A DNA stretch of 54,634 bases, filler included, from Streblomastix strix (GCA_008636045.1; 3 parts of 3 records of this genome joined end to end with filler, not necessarily neighbours in it), one strand, 5' to 3'; positions 19,602-33,779 are shown, counted from the whole stretch's first letter. The notes: generated from the letters alone by a model not told the origin. Translations and numbers: made by a program.

Positions 19602-19777
19602 ACAATAAAATATGCAATTATCTGCTTGTAAGAGTTTATCATTCATTTCGCATGTACATGAAATTGATCAAACGAACCTGTTTTTATTTAAACAGCTATA
19701 AATAATAAATTCAGTTTTAAATCAAACTATGATCTATTAATTAGTGTTATTTGTGAAAAAAGTGGTATTGGGATCAA

Positions 19778-20297
19778 ATGGAATCTCTTGAAGCACGTGT
19801 TGCGGTTGCAGAACAACGAATTGGTGAAATTGAAGTCCTTTAAGGTTAGGTGATTATTATTTTGCCATCATTTATCATTTATTTGAGTAGGCGGCGCTGG
19901 TCAGGGCGGTGGAGGATAAAGTAACGAATTAAAAGCATTTCAGGAGAAGATACTTTAAGAACTCCGTGTTTTAAGATCAATTATGGGTAAAGAGCATAGA
20001 AATGCTCTTAATACACAAGAAGAACTGAAAAAGGTCTGCTTACCTTTAAGAAATAATTCAATATTTTATTTCACGGAATTTTCTTTGTTATTTTACATAA
20101 ATTTATTAAATATTTTATAATGAACAGGCAAATGCCGAAATTGAACGTTTGAAGAAGGAAAATGAGCGAATGAATTACAGAATTAAGGTAAATTTCTTGT
20201 TATTAAAAAATAAAGTAATTCACTCATAATTTTTTTTTAGATTCTGATTAACAGTTTAGAGGAGGAAGAAAAGAAGAATGTTCCACAATAAAATTGA
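19778..20297 (+). CDS. Small coiled-coil / leucine-zipper protein (4 exons)
   Basis: MESLEARVAVAEQRIGEIEVLQ...EIERLKKENERMNYRIKILINSLEEEEKK. Three GT-AG introns splice in frame. TGA at 20295-20297. Confidence 0.8.
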
Positions 20298-20458
20298 GCA
20301 TTCATACTTCAATCAGTCAAAAATTGTTTTGTTATGTTTTATATTATTTAGGAAAAAAATAAGATGTACATTTTCAACAATAATTTGATACAATTACGCA
20401 AACGATTCAAGAATGATATGATAATATATTTTCATATTTGGTGTTGGTGAATAATCGA

Positions 20459-21495
20459 TCAGAGCACAGAGCAGCAACTTTAGCCACCTGTGTCTTCTCC
20501 ACGAACTGCAGCCAGTATTGCAACATCAAATGCTTCTTTAACACCAATATTCTTGAGTGCACTGCACTCCAAGCATCCAACTGCTTTAATTTGCTTTGCA
20601 ATTTACTTAGCACGTTCCTGAGACAAGAATTAACGATAGATTAAACAAAATTAAAAAAAGTGATCATACTGGTTATGCGAAGCGTGAATCATTCTATAAT
20701 GCAGTTCCTCTAAGATCACTCTTTGTTCCAATCAAGATAAAGCGTGCTTTTGGACTCTTGCTTTTGGCCTGCATTAAGTATAGAGAAAAAAAAGAAAAAA
20801 ATTATGAAAATGTTTTTATGAAAGGCTATATATACAAACTTCTGGTACCCATTTTTTCAATACATTTTCAAGAGAGTTCTCACTATTTACAGCATAGCAG
20901 ACCAAGAATATGTCTGTGTTGTCGTAGCTGAATAATCTCATGGCAGCATATTCTTCCTGCCCTGCCGTATCCCAAAGCGAAAGGATTACTTCCTCCCCAT
21001 TAACCTATACCATGCTTGTGTAGTTGTCAAATACACTGCAAAAAATAAAATTATGTTTGCGAGAAGAGAAAAAATCATAAAAAGAAAGAAAAAGAATAAT
21101 AACTTCAGGTGCATACGCTGTATGTAGTGTAACATTCAAAGTTCAAGATTAGAAATAATTCAGACATTAAATAAATATATAGAGAATATATTTTAATCGT
21201 TAAGAGATATGAAATCGCTGATAATAAGGTAAAAAAGAACAAACTGGGTACGTACTCTGAACAAACAATTTCATAAGAAATAGATATATAAATTAAACGT
21301 AAATAGAATAAATTGTTTATACCAGAAGGATATTCTCCCTTCGCATACACTGTAAGTTGAGTAAAAATGGAAAGAAAGAAAAGCCGAATTAAAACATTTT
21401 CGGTGAAGCATACTAATTAGAAAACATGTTTTTCCGACAGCACCATCACCAATGATAACTAGTTTGATTTGCTTATCGCCCTGCGGAACAGACAT
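20459..21495 (-). CDS. Rho/Rac-family small GTPase
   Basis: Motifs IKLVIIGDGAVGKTC, EYVP(T)VFDNY, LWDTAGQEEY, GTKSDLR and ECSAL, with C-terminal CAAX CSVL then TGA. Includes a 12-nt exon (21245-21256) and an inferred 1-nt exon (21117). Confidence 0.95.
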
Positions 21496-21643
21496 CGAAA
21501 AGGGAAAATAATTGTATGGGAATTGACTCATTAAAATTTGAAAGTTTTGAAGTTGTCTAAATAAATGTATGGATTTATCCAGGCAATTTAATCTTAAACG
21601 AAGAGTCGTGTCAAAGGAAGTTATAAAATGTTGAAGGCTCTGA

Positions 21644-21714
21644 GCATTAGTGGTATAGGGGCAGCATGCCAGCCTTCCAAGCTGGCGACCCGGGTTCGAG
21701 TCCCGGCTAATGCA
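21644..21714 (+). tRNA. tRNA-Gly(TCC)
   Basis: Acceptor stem GCATTAG/CTAATGC, anticodon arm CCAGC-CTTCCAA-GCTGG, T arm CCGGG-TTCGAGT-CCCGG. Confidence 0.95.
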
Positions 21715-22365
21715 TATTTTTCATTCTATTGGATTTGACTTTTTTTTTATACTTAGAGAGTATTGAACAAATGAATAATTTTAATGAAATGCATTTATAT
21801 GTAATTTGAGATCACATGAACTAATAATGAAATCATAAAAGTAGTTAGTGCAGAAAACAAAACAATTAAATTCTTTTTTGTTTTATTATTGTAACTTAAC
21901 ATATGATTTATGTTAATAAATATAGTTTATGTTATAGTTCTATATTTAAATATTAATATTAACATAATTAAAGAATAATATATGAATATTAACACGAAAT
22001 GCCAATATCAATTTTCTTAGAAATAAATCAAATTTATACTGCAAAACAGCACATTAATGTTATTATTTGTTCTATTTCACGCTTGTAATATATTATATTT
22101 GAGAAAAACATTCTCTAATAACTAAGTTTAATTAAAACTTACATTTTTAATCATTTAATTAATTTTTATTTTATTTTATTTCTATAAATTTAATTATTTT
22201 AAAATTTTATATTTTCATAAAATAAATATTTTTAGATATATATTTATATTGTATAAATATTATTCACCATAAAATATCCAAACCCATCCTTACAATACAT
22301 CGAAATCATTTAACTATTATCATTATATCTCTTTTCTAATTTAGTAATAGTACTTCTATAGAACT

Positions 22366-25300
22366 ATGATTGATCCAATAATCAGTCTGACGAATCTGTT
22401 TATAATTCCTATTTCAGAGGCTATTTCTGTTCAAGCTGACGTTGTGCGTGGCGTTGTTGGTGCGAATTTAATTTAGAGGAATTATTATTTTTATTAATAA
22501 TTAATATATTTTAATTTATTATTCAGTTGCTATATTAATCTATGCATATTCATTTTCCATGAATTTTGTAACATCACACATTGTAAGACACATATTCACT
22601 ATTATTATTGGAATCGGTGCATTACTTGTAGCATTTGGATTATTTTCAGCACCTGCATATTTCTTGATGGCATTTGTATCATATGGACTTGTCAAGTTTA
22701 GAATTGGTATATCATATCCAAGTATTGTATTCTTTGTGTGCATGTTCATTCTTCTTTGTTCGTATGTAGAACATTCAATTATCTTGATTCAATTTATCAC
22801 TTCAATATAATTTATAATATATTAGACATCTATACTATTTCATTACATCTTATGGGATATGGTAAATGGACATATCATCTGCATTAATGGTATTACTTCA
22901 GAGATGTGTTACATTTGCATATAATCTACATGATGGAATGATTGCATCACCAAGTTCTCTATTCACATTTCATTAGAAGAGGTTTAACATTTATTACTAT
23001 TATTATTTAATTTAATTTAATTTAATCTATTTATTATTTATTAACTAATTTTATAATATAAATTATTAATTTAACATTCATTTGTATTATTTCAGATATA
23101 AATTGACATATATTCCTCCTTTCTATGAATTTTTGAGCTGGTGTTTATTTCCACCTACACTTTAAGTATATAAATTTCAATTATTTATTTTTATTCATAT
23201 TAATTATTTATTTAATTAATTAATTATTAATATTATTATTAGATTGGACCATGTATTGAATTCAAATTATATCATGAAGCAAATGATTATTTCAGTAATG
23301 CTAAAAAGAGAATGAAATTTGAAAGATTAAAAGCCAAAATGATGAATATTTATAAACGTAAGAATAATAAATAAGATTAAATAGCATCTCCACTATTAAA
23401 TAGTCCAAAATAATCATTATCAACTTCATCTATTCATAATCATTCATATACGCACTATTGGAGTTATCCATTGCCCTCATTTAGTTCTAGATTGAAATTA
23501 TGCTTAAATTAATTATTATTTGGAATATTATGCTCAATTAATTTAATTTGTCCTCCTGGTATGCAACTCATAAATAATAATACTCTTATTCTTTATATTA
23601 ATATTCTTTATAAATATTTATATTCTTTATTGATATTTATATTCTTTATTGATATTTATATTCTTTATTCATTTCAGATACAAATCCACTTCCTCGAATT
23701 GAAAAGACCAGCGATTAGAAAATTAAATTTAAATTCTTTGAGCTATTCCCATTTTTTGAGGATAAATTTATGAAAATTTTCAACAAATTTCCATATTTCA
23801 TACAAAATTTGTTGTACTTGTAGGTATTCAAATATAATTATATATTCTCAATATATCATTATTATATATTCATATATATGTTCATATATATGTATATAAA
23901 TAGTTATAAGGTCGATGGGTTAGATACAAATACTACTTTGGATGGTGCATGATGAATGTAAGTATTCTATTCACTGGAGTTGGTTGGGATGGGGAGGTTT
24001 ATTATATATATTAATAGAATTGAGTATAAATATAAATATAAATATATTATAAATATGTTTATTATAAATAGAATATAAATATAAATTGATTATATAATAT
24101 AAATATAAATATTATTATATTCTTTCATAATTACATATTCATCTGGTCAGTCATTTGAACCTTCAATGTTAGCTTATCCATTTAGATTGGAGGTTTATTA
24201 TATTATGTTATTAATATTAATATTATTTATATTATTTATATTAAACATCATTTACTCATTAGACAACTCGACGTCCGCGTGTTTTTATTGCAAACTGGAA
24301 TTGTGGAACATAAAGATGGCTAAAATATTGTATGAATATAAGAATTAATAAATAATCAATAATCAATAATATTATTCATTTTAATTATTTTTAATTCAGA
24401 TATTTACATTAGAGGGCCAAAAGTGAATAAAAAGAAAGAAGAAGAGAAACAATAAGAGAAAGAAAAGAAGCAGTAATTGAAAAAAGAGAAAATTGATTCA
24501 CTGATAAAAGATTATAATGATAAACAATAGAAAGATAAACAGAAGGATAATTTATTGCTTATGAATAACAATGATCTTCAGTATAATATAAAGAATAATC
24601 AATAAATTGATATAAAAGGATCTGAATCACAAACTGAGAGTAATAATGAGAGTAATCTGGATAATGATACAGTAACTGAGACTGAAACAGAATCAGATGC
24701 GATGATACATTCCATTCCGAAACCTTAATTTACTCCAAAGTCTTTCCCAAGACAGAAATATAATATTAATAATAATTAATAATAATAAGAAGAAGTACCA
24801 TAATTGTAGTTGTCTTCATTCAAGAATAAGAATTTAGATACAATTATTGAGGATTAGAAGGATGGATTGCAAATAGAAGGTTAATAATAAGATTAAGTAT
24901 AATAATAATAATAATAATCTTCTTAATAAATTCTTCAATCCAAATAACAACTATAAATATCGCCTTCTGATTCTCCATCATTTAATACCAAATAATAGTA
25001 TCAGCAGCCTTCATCATCCCAATCATCACAAACACAATCATCATCATCATCATCAATCCATCCAATCATGAAATGGATCACTTACTTCTTCTCTGCGCTT
25101 TGGCATGGATTCTATTTGGGCTACTACGTCCACTTCTCATTCGATCTCCTCCTGACAATGTTTGACTTGTCGTACTTCTCAGTAATTCCGCACAAAGAAG
25201 ATGAAGAACAGGAGAAGCAGATGAGGAGATATGGAGAGAATGAAGACAACTATAGGAAGAGGATTGCTCAGCTGTAGAAGAAGAGGAATGAAGACAATTA

Positions 25301-25848
25301 GAAGAAAGAAGAAAGAGAAAGAGAAAGAATAAGAGAAAGAGGATTATTGGATGATGAGATTAATATTAATAATAAAGATAATAATAAAGAAAGAAGTAGA
25401 ATATAGAAGATATTGATCAGGATTCTTGTATTCATATAGCATACTCTGGAATATATAGTGACATAAGCTTTGATAAGCTGTTCTGCAATTCCATTTAATG
25501 TATTATATTATATATTATAAAGTCTTTATTATATTATATATATTATATTATATATATTAATCTCAGGCTTTAGTAAAAGACAGTGTCTTAGCAGCATACA
25601 ATTCTATATTTTGGTGGGGTGATCTATTCCTTATATCAGGTATAGTGATACTCAAGATCTACAGCATCTTAACAAAGAAGAGGAATAAGATTAAGAGAAA
25701 GGAGAGGAATATATTAAAGGAGATTAAGAAGAGGGAAAAGAAAGAAAGAAAAGAAAAAGAATATTTAAATAGAGAAGACAATAACAATAATAAGAGATGG
25801 AGAAGATGGAGAATAAGAATAAGAAGAAGGAAGGAAAAAGGAGATTGA
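22366..25848 (+). CDS. MBOAT-family lysophospholipid acyltransferase (multi-exon)
   Basis: Motifs MVLLQRCVTFAYNLHDG, PPFYEFLSW..IGPCIEF, KYYFGW, ANWNCGTQRWLK and FFSALWHGFYLGYY (catalytic His). Several TM segments. A long Q/N/S-rich insertion spans ~24420-25065. Confidence 0.9.
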
Positions 25849-26452
25849 ATATATATATGGAAATATAAGGATATTCATTCATTAATTCACTCTATAAACT
25901 AAATAGATATATTGATTACTATTGTTTATTATATTCAGTTGTTCTTACGTTTTATAATGAAAGTATTTCCATCTTATTTTCTCAATTATTAATTTTGTAT
26001 TCTTTTGTGAATAGAGTGTATAATAATTAAACAATAAATATATGAATGACTTGATATTGAATAAAAGTTTTGTAATTATAAGTTTTTGATATCATTCTTT
26101 CCCAGTTATAATGAGAAGCTTTTTATTTATTATTATATTTTCTATGAAATGAGTAAAATAATGCTAGAAACAGCTTAATATAGAAGATACCTCGAAAATA
26201 AATATAAATGTACTAATATGGCATAAATAACAAAGCAAAATGAAATGTGAAGTTAAAAACAATAGTGTAGGAATAATCTCGAAATAAAGAAAATTAAAAA
26301 CAAATAAAAAAGATGAAGAAGAAATAATGAATGAGGAAATTACATAAAGTAACACTAATAGTGATTAATCGCAAGAATATAAACAAAATTAAAGCTTACC
26401 AATGCTTAGTAGATATACTATTTCCTCATTCATTAACACAATCTATATTCAT

Positions 26453-28076
26453 TCATTGTTGTTCCTACTGCAATTATTCATCATTTCCTTCATCAATTGG
26501 AGTAACACCAACTCTCTGAGCTCTCTTCATCCAGGGGTTGTAGAATCCAACTGCAGATGTAATGAATGCAAAACATAAGAAGATTGATATGGCTAATGAC
26601 ATCAGCCCAATTAGTTCTATGAATGAGAATATTACTTAGACTGTATGATTTATATCTCGACTTGGATCATTACATATAGCACAATCATCTACATTAGTCG
26701 GTGATTATGATGAATATGATGTATGAATATGTGTCATTCCTTCACTATATGTATTACTTGCTGGGTCAGCTGATGTATCTTCTGGCACACAATCTTCTCT
26801 AGTAGAACATCCATATGCTTTATCTAGATTAGCTGCTACCTTTTTACATACACGATTGAAGTCTTTTTCTGAGCCAGGAGTACTCTCATCACCAACACAG
26901 AGCTTAAAAGAAACAATAAAAGAAATGAATAAATAAATAATAATAAGATATTAAATAAATAATAATTATAATATAAACCTTTTCATTAACTTACTTAGTC
27001 ATATATACTTTACTTGTATTAACAATAATAATTTGTGCAATACCCAATCCAAAGAATAGAACTGTTAATATTCCTAATGAGATAACGAAAGCTAAGAGAA
27101 CTAATCTTGATTTACGGAAGTGAAGCATTGTTACTATTCCTATTATTCCAGATATACCACATAGTGCACCTATTAATATATATTAATATATATATAAGTA
27201 TGATGAATTCATTTATAGTACATATAATATATAAAAGAATGATATATGTATATTAATTTATAATAATATGCTGTTAAATACCTGAAAATAGTATTATGAA
27301 ATCAAGCGTATTCAAATATCCTTCTGGTTAATCTATAATATATTTAAATATAAATACATTAAAATAAAATATAATAAACATAGAAAATATATAAATGTTC
27401 GTATACAAATGAATCTGAAAGCAAGACCAATAGCTATAAGGAATAACCCAAAAATAACAGATATTATTCCAGTGCATGTTATGAAATATCTGATGAAGTG
27501 TTTAGCTCCCATTAGATATATAGTTCCTATAACAGCTATGCATTGAATTAGAGCAAATACAAGTGTCAGTATCTCTAATGGTAATAACTATGATTAGAAC
27601 TTCTTGAATTTTTCATCAACTGTATTTCCTGCAGTTTTTGTAATAATATCACTGAATCCATCCCAGAAATATATTCCCCAATATTTGAATGAATCTGGAA
27701 GTGCAAAAGGCATCAATCCTAATACTATAGCAGTGAGTGCAAGGATAGAACCAGCTGCAAAGTTAATGACGAGGAATATAATAAACTTTCTCATGTCTTT
27801 CTGACCATACCTATAATAAATAATAATAAGGGAGATAAAAAAAAGAGTTTTGAAAAAAGATATGATAATTAATTGTATACCATGTTCCTATGAAGCCTAT
27901 AACAGCGTTAATAATCCCTAAAGTGGCAACAATTAGAATAATTATGTTGTAAGCGAGGTTATTCTTTGACTTGGCTAAATTAATAGCCACTAAAACAATA
28001 ACCACGATGGCAGCAGCCGCTACAATTGCTTGGAGAATTATTGCAATAACGCGTCCGATAGGTTTTCTGTGTTCAA
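26453..28076 (-). CDS. Multi-pass membrane protein resembling two tandem tetraspanin-like units (first exon not located)
   Basis: About 8 hydrophobic helices in two similar blocks (VIGFIGTW...; ISGIIGIV...). A Cys-rich loop precedes the last TM. GT-AG introns. TGA at 26453-26455. Confidence 0.65.
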
Positions 28077-28788
28077 CTGAAAAAGTAGAATAAATGATAA
28101 AATATACAGAGATTTTTTGATGTAAATATAGTGAAAAATAAGCGGGAACTAATTATTTTCACAAATAAAATATTATTTTGTTAAGGCACTAATGTGTAAT
28201 TACTTTTAATGAAATGATGTTTTTAATGAAAATAAGTAAATATTTATTATAATATTATTTTTAATTTGAATTTAATCGCTGAAATTAAGCCAAAAAATTA
28301 AAATAAAATTTACGAAGTGCGTTATTGAAAATGAAAGCATATCTAAAGACGGAAATATAGTTTTTGAGATTATATTATGTAAGTCCATAAATAAATAGTG
28401 CCAACTTGAACAAACCCATTGCGATAGAGCTAAAAATTGGACCGAATAATTTTGAAAATTCTTCAAGGTAATTAACCGATTTTTTGTTAATGTTTTAGTA
28501 AAAATAAATTAATAAAATATGATTTTGAACAAATATAATGCTTATTTCGCAGTTAAAAGCGACTGTTTATTGATATTTACAGTAAAATCGTGATGGTGAA
28601 GAGTGAAAAAATCAAGAAGGTGAAAGATGAAATAAAAATAAAGCTACGATGAAATAAAAATAAAGCTAATATGAAAACTGAAAACATAGACGAAAGCTCT
28701 CAGAGAACTACTGAATAGTGACTTGAAATAAAATAATTAATACAAGCTGAATCCAATAATATCAATATAAATATATATATCAATAATA

Positions 28789-31700
28789 TCAATGTGGAGT
28801 AGTGCGAGGTGGAGATCTGAGTGGGACAGGAGGAGTAGCATGTGGAGAATTAGGATTCCTCAGAGTAGGGGATCTCTAAGATATTCTGCTGGGTGTAGAT
28901 AATTGGGTATTAATTGATTAAGGTGTAGTGAACTATGATCTTTATCCACCAGATACAGCTTGTTATTAGTTGACTTGATTTGATCTACCAAATATACCTG
29001 GAAATCCAGTGCTTGGTTATCTAGGGGTACCTCCTACACCCTGACCAGTCCCACGAAGAGGTGTAGATACTCCTCTAACTCCAGTTGGTACATCTGCATT
29101 CTATGAATACAGTTACTAACTTCCCACATATACAGGTGCTTGATCATTAATTATCTATCCATTAATGCCATCATATTGTTATGGGGTCCTTAATACATTA
29201 CCTGGTTTCTTAGTTGATGCTGACTGCATGGGAGATATTGATCCAGGTCCAGATCTTTTGCTTCTTCTGACACTGTTCCTTATATTCTTCTATTATGAGT
29301 ATTCATATTGATCTCCACTATCAATGTTTATATTATTGCTAGGTAATGAAGATAGTAGTCCAGGTGGATTCTGAGATGGAAGGGTGTTTATAGTATGAAC
29401 TGATACTCCTATATTATTAGTGCCACTATTATTGAATGAAGATCTTGGAGGAGATCTACGAACTGAATGATGAGAAGATTTCTCTAATTATGAGAATCCT
29501 TATCCCTAACCATCTACTTCTTCATATGTCTCTTCTAATTTCTCATTCTCTTCATCTTCTTCTTCTTCTTCTTCAATCACTTCCTATTAATATGCTTATA
29601 CTTGATCACTCATATTAATACTCTATCCATACTGTCTAGATGGTGACTAATATGCAATAATAGATGCAGGTTATGATACTATAGACATATTAGTAACATA
29701 TCCATTAATAGGCATAGTATTGCTATTAATAGTATTAATATTATCTCCTCTTTACCCTCTAGTCTTAGTAGTCCTCTTGAATTCCTTCCTCTAATATCCA
29801 TCTCCAGCTTCTTCAAATGTTTCTTCTCTTACATGTTTCCTCCCTCCATCTTCTTCCCATTCATTAACTATAGTCCCACCTGTATTATTACCACCTTATA
29901 TTATAGAGAGATTAGATTGATTGGATTTAATGGATGGAAGTGGACTTCTTCTATTTATATTACTGTTACTATACAGATTGGGTGATCTTCTAATAGATGA
30001 TAATTAAGGAGGATGGATTTGGATTCTGGATTGAGATCCAATTCCAGATTATGAAGAAGACTCAGATGATGAAGATGATGATTATTCAGAGTAGAAGTTG
30101 CTTTATTATCTTGGAGGTGAGTAAGTCCTTTATACAGGTGGAACTATTCTTCTGCTCTGAGGTTATGAATATTGCATAGATTATATGGTCTAATATTATT
30201 ATGGTTGTTGATATGTATTAGAAGTAGTTATTATCTATCCCTATTATTATCCTTATCCTTATTATCCACCTGAACTCCATTCTTCTTCTTCTTCCTCAAA
30301 TTCCTCTTCTTCCTCTTCTTCTTCAACTACATTCTATTAATATGGATCAATACCATGCTATATCAAGTACTCATTCTGATCAACTTCTCCAAACTGACTG
30401 TTCCAAGGTCTTATACTCTGTCCATTAGTGTCCATGGCTAGTTATTCATCTCCTTAAGGTAATCCTTATTCAGGTTATGGATTCCTCTTTCTATTGGGTA
30501 GTTTATATGCAGGAGATGGAGAATGCATTCTTGGGGAAAGTGGGGGTTTAAGGAATGAAGGAGATGTTTATGAGATATTATATTATTATTGTTATTGTTA
30601 TTATTAGAATGAAGATGATGAATATGGAATTGATTAATTAGTATAATATCCTTATCCTTATCCATTCACATCCTAATTATAATTCTAACTTATTATACTT
30701 CCAGCTGGTGGAGATGTAGAATGTCTATGTCTGTGAACACTTCTCTTGTGAACTTTCTTTATACTTGTCTGTCCAATATTCCCAATTCTTTATGTGCTCG
30801 TATTGGTCTTTGAATGTGAATTAATCTTTGTTTACTATATCAGTTACTGTGCAGGTGGAGATTGTGATCTTATTGTTGTATTAATGATCCCTCCTTATTA
30901 TAATCCATTACTCTAGAATCCATTACTCTAGAATATTCCCTATGTATGGAATTATGGAGATGGAGAGGTTCTTACTTGATAACTAGATGCAGGTGGTGAT
31001 CTAATTGTCCTTTATTAGCTGTTATACTGCTACAATGAAGACTGAGTGCTTGTTCTCTATATTGGTGGAGATCTTATATGATTGGGTGAGTAAGAAGTTC
31101 TTGAAGGAGATGAACGTATTGGAGACATCTATATTTATTATTGTTATTATTGTTATATACTGGAAGGTGACTAATATACTGTATTAATCCTTGTCTATGG
31201 AGAAGATTGAATACGTCTTATTATAGGAGGAGATATCTATGTTTGAATTGGAGACTATCTTTACTATACTTAATATTACTATTAGTATTACTATTAATCA
31301 TTATATTATTATTATTAATTCACATCCTAATCATTTCCACTATCCCATTCTTCATCCTAATCATCTACTTCCTCATCTTCTATTTATCCATCCTATCCAA
31401 TCTGATTATTATTATAACTCTCAATTCCACTTCCTGAATTCCTTCCTTTACTTCTGTGTCTTCTTCTCTTATGGTGATGTGTCTTATGATGAACATGTTA
31501 TACTACTTGATCCTACCCATACTAACCTTATACATACTGACTATTCTATATCATTGATCCTCTATTCAACATTGATCTTGTATTATTCTATACTCTATTG
31601 AGTGAATGTGAATGAGAATGCTGACTACTAATAGAAGGTGAGACATTTGGGGGTGAACTATATATTGGCTGGGGCCTCATTCTCTAAGATGATCTCATTG

Positions 31701-32541
31701 AGTTGTTGAATTACTATGATCCTTATTATTGTATTGATTATGGGGTCCTCATTAGATTTGGGGAATGTTGTATTACAATAGAGTCATCAATAGGAGATCT
31801 ATGGACAGGAGATGGAGGTGCACTTAATATGGATGCACTTCTTGGCTTAAAGAATTCAAGCTCCAATAGTTGGTCAGCTTATTGTCGTGATTTGGGATTA
31901 AATGAAAGAGCACCTCGAAGCACATCACACAGCATAGGAATAGCCTTAGATGATATATGAGATAGTATTCCCCCTCGTAGTAAGGGCGTAGGAGGTTCAG
32001 TGCCCTTCAAAAATATATTCCATGAGGGTGGAGGTGTAGCATAAGAGTGTAGTTATAAGATGTTGAATCGCTGATCGCTCAGGTACCAGAAGTCTGTTCG
32101 GGATGGATTCCCGAACCTGTCAAATATTCCATTGAGTATATCGTCAATAGATCCAGATTGTATAGGATCGTAACCAAGTGCAGCCTCAAAAAGAATGCAT
32201 CCAAAAGTCCAGACATCCGTTTTTGGTGTAAATGCACCTTCCTCATCGCCAGCTTCGAGTAAGAATAAAGTCTCTGGTGAATAATATACTTGATCTCCTC
32301 TATTTAATTCTGATAAACTTACATTATCATTGCCAGAAATGTGAATATTTCTTGGATGCAATGTACGCAGTGAATCGCCATTTCCTTATCTTTCAATTAT
32401 TCGAATTAAAACTTATTTCATAATTCTTTACAATTATTCAAGTGGGATAATGCCTATAAAACATTGATTATTACAAAATAAATGAATGAAAATGTTCATA
32501 CCACCACTATCTCGTTTCAGTCCCTCGAGAGTAGATGCCAT
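28789..32541 (-). CDS. CMGC/CDK-like pseudokinase (C-lobe only) with >900-aa S/P/Q-rich tail
   Basis: ATG 32541, one intron. Reads LRTLHPRNI (no HRD), YYSPET, KTDVWTFGCILFE, FGNP and ALSFNPKSR. No GxGxxG, VAIK or DFG. TGA at 28789-28791. Confidence 0.8.
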
Positions 32542-32888
32542 GATTTAATTGTTAATATGAATCTAAAATAATTAAATAAAATAAAATAAAATAATTATAT
32601 ATCAAGAATAGTAAGAAAAATCAAATATTTGTTTTTATGTTTATCCAATCGATAATTAAATGATTGTTTAGTAAAATATTCTTAATTACGCTATTATTAA
32701 TATAATTTTATATGCATTTAAACAAATTTTGATTATAAAAATTCTTACTAGTTATAAACTTAACTGCTCAAAGTTTTTGTTATGGATCTTGATCAAATTT
32801 AGCTTTCTGCTTTTTTATTGAATGTTTAAGCCATTTAAAATATAATAAAACTGTAAAATAAAAACGTTATACAACAATCAATAAAAAA

Positions 32889-33755
32889 TAGGCCTGTCAA
32901 AAATCGGTCCAAAATTGCTAATTTTCGGACAGATTTCAAAAGTATATGCGGATTTGTTTTGAATATAAAATTTGAATATATAATATATATACACTTCATT
33001 TTTAATGATTAGAAAAATCCGCATACTCAACGATGGTGATTTCCAGCTTTTTATTTTTTTTTCAAAATTCACCAGTCGCAATAATTAAAAATTACATTTT
33101 GTTATGTTTTCATACATTATATATTATAGGGCATATACATACGATAATAACATGTTTGCAAGTTGTGCGGGTGGGAAAAGGAGAGTGATTTTTTCAAACA
33201 ATGAACTTCTGATTTCATTACATTTAAAATCATATTTTATTTATTGTACATTAATAAATATATTATTTATTATTATAAATTGATTTATTTCTTTTGTGCA
33301 TATTTTTAAAGTGTTTACTGGGAATAGTTTGCTATGTTGATTTTTCTAAAATGAAAACTTGCTCTAAAACAGTGTAAAGCTTTTTAATTTATACTATCTT
33401 GATTTAAATCATTAGTAGACATACCATAGTTACCATTACACCTTTATTTGCTAACTAATCACTTGTATTTTGAAGGAAAAATATTTTTTGCGTTCTTGTC
33501 AACCAGACATATTACTGACATGTAACTATAATAAACAATATATATAATATATTTATTGATTTATTATCATAATATTAAGGTTAAATTATTTACCTACAAA
33601 AATTTAAATTTTTGAAAATAAATTTTTTTTGTTGATCTTTTCAAAACTTGGCTTGCGGAAAAATCCGCACTCCTAATTGCTGTACGGAAAAATCCACACT
33701 ACTGATTGCTGTGTGGAAAAATCTGCACTTCCCGTCCGTCATTCCGTCACCCCTA
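32889..33755. mobile_element. Possible hAT-like non-autonomous element (MITE)
   Basis: Ends TAGGCCTGTC... and ...GTCACCCCTA. A subterminal motif (C)GGAAAAATCCGCAC is tandem x3 at ~33654-33729 and inverted at ~32941-33028. Any TSD lies in poly-A and is unverifiable. Confidence 0.4.
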
Positions 33756-33779
33756 TAAAAAAAATTTATTTCTTAATTG

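Noticed and set aside
33654..33729. Repeat-spacer-like palindromic units
   Set aside because: Units are ~29 bp with similar linkers and only three copies. Better explained as transposon subterminal repeats than CRISPR.
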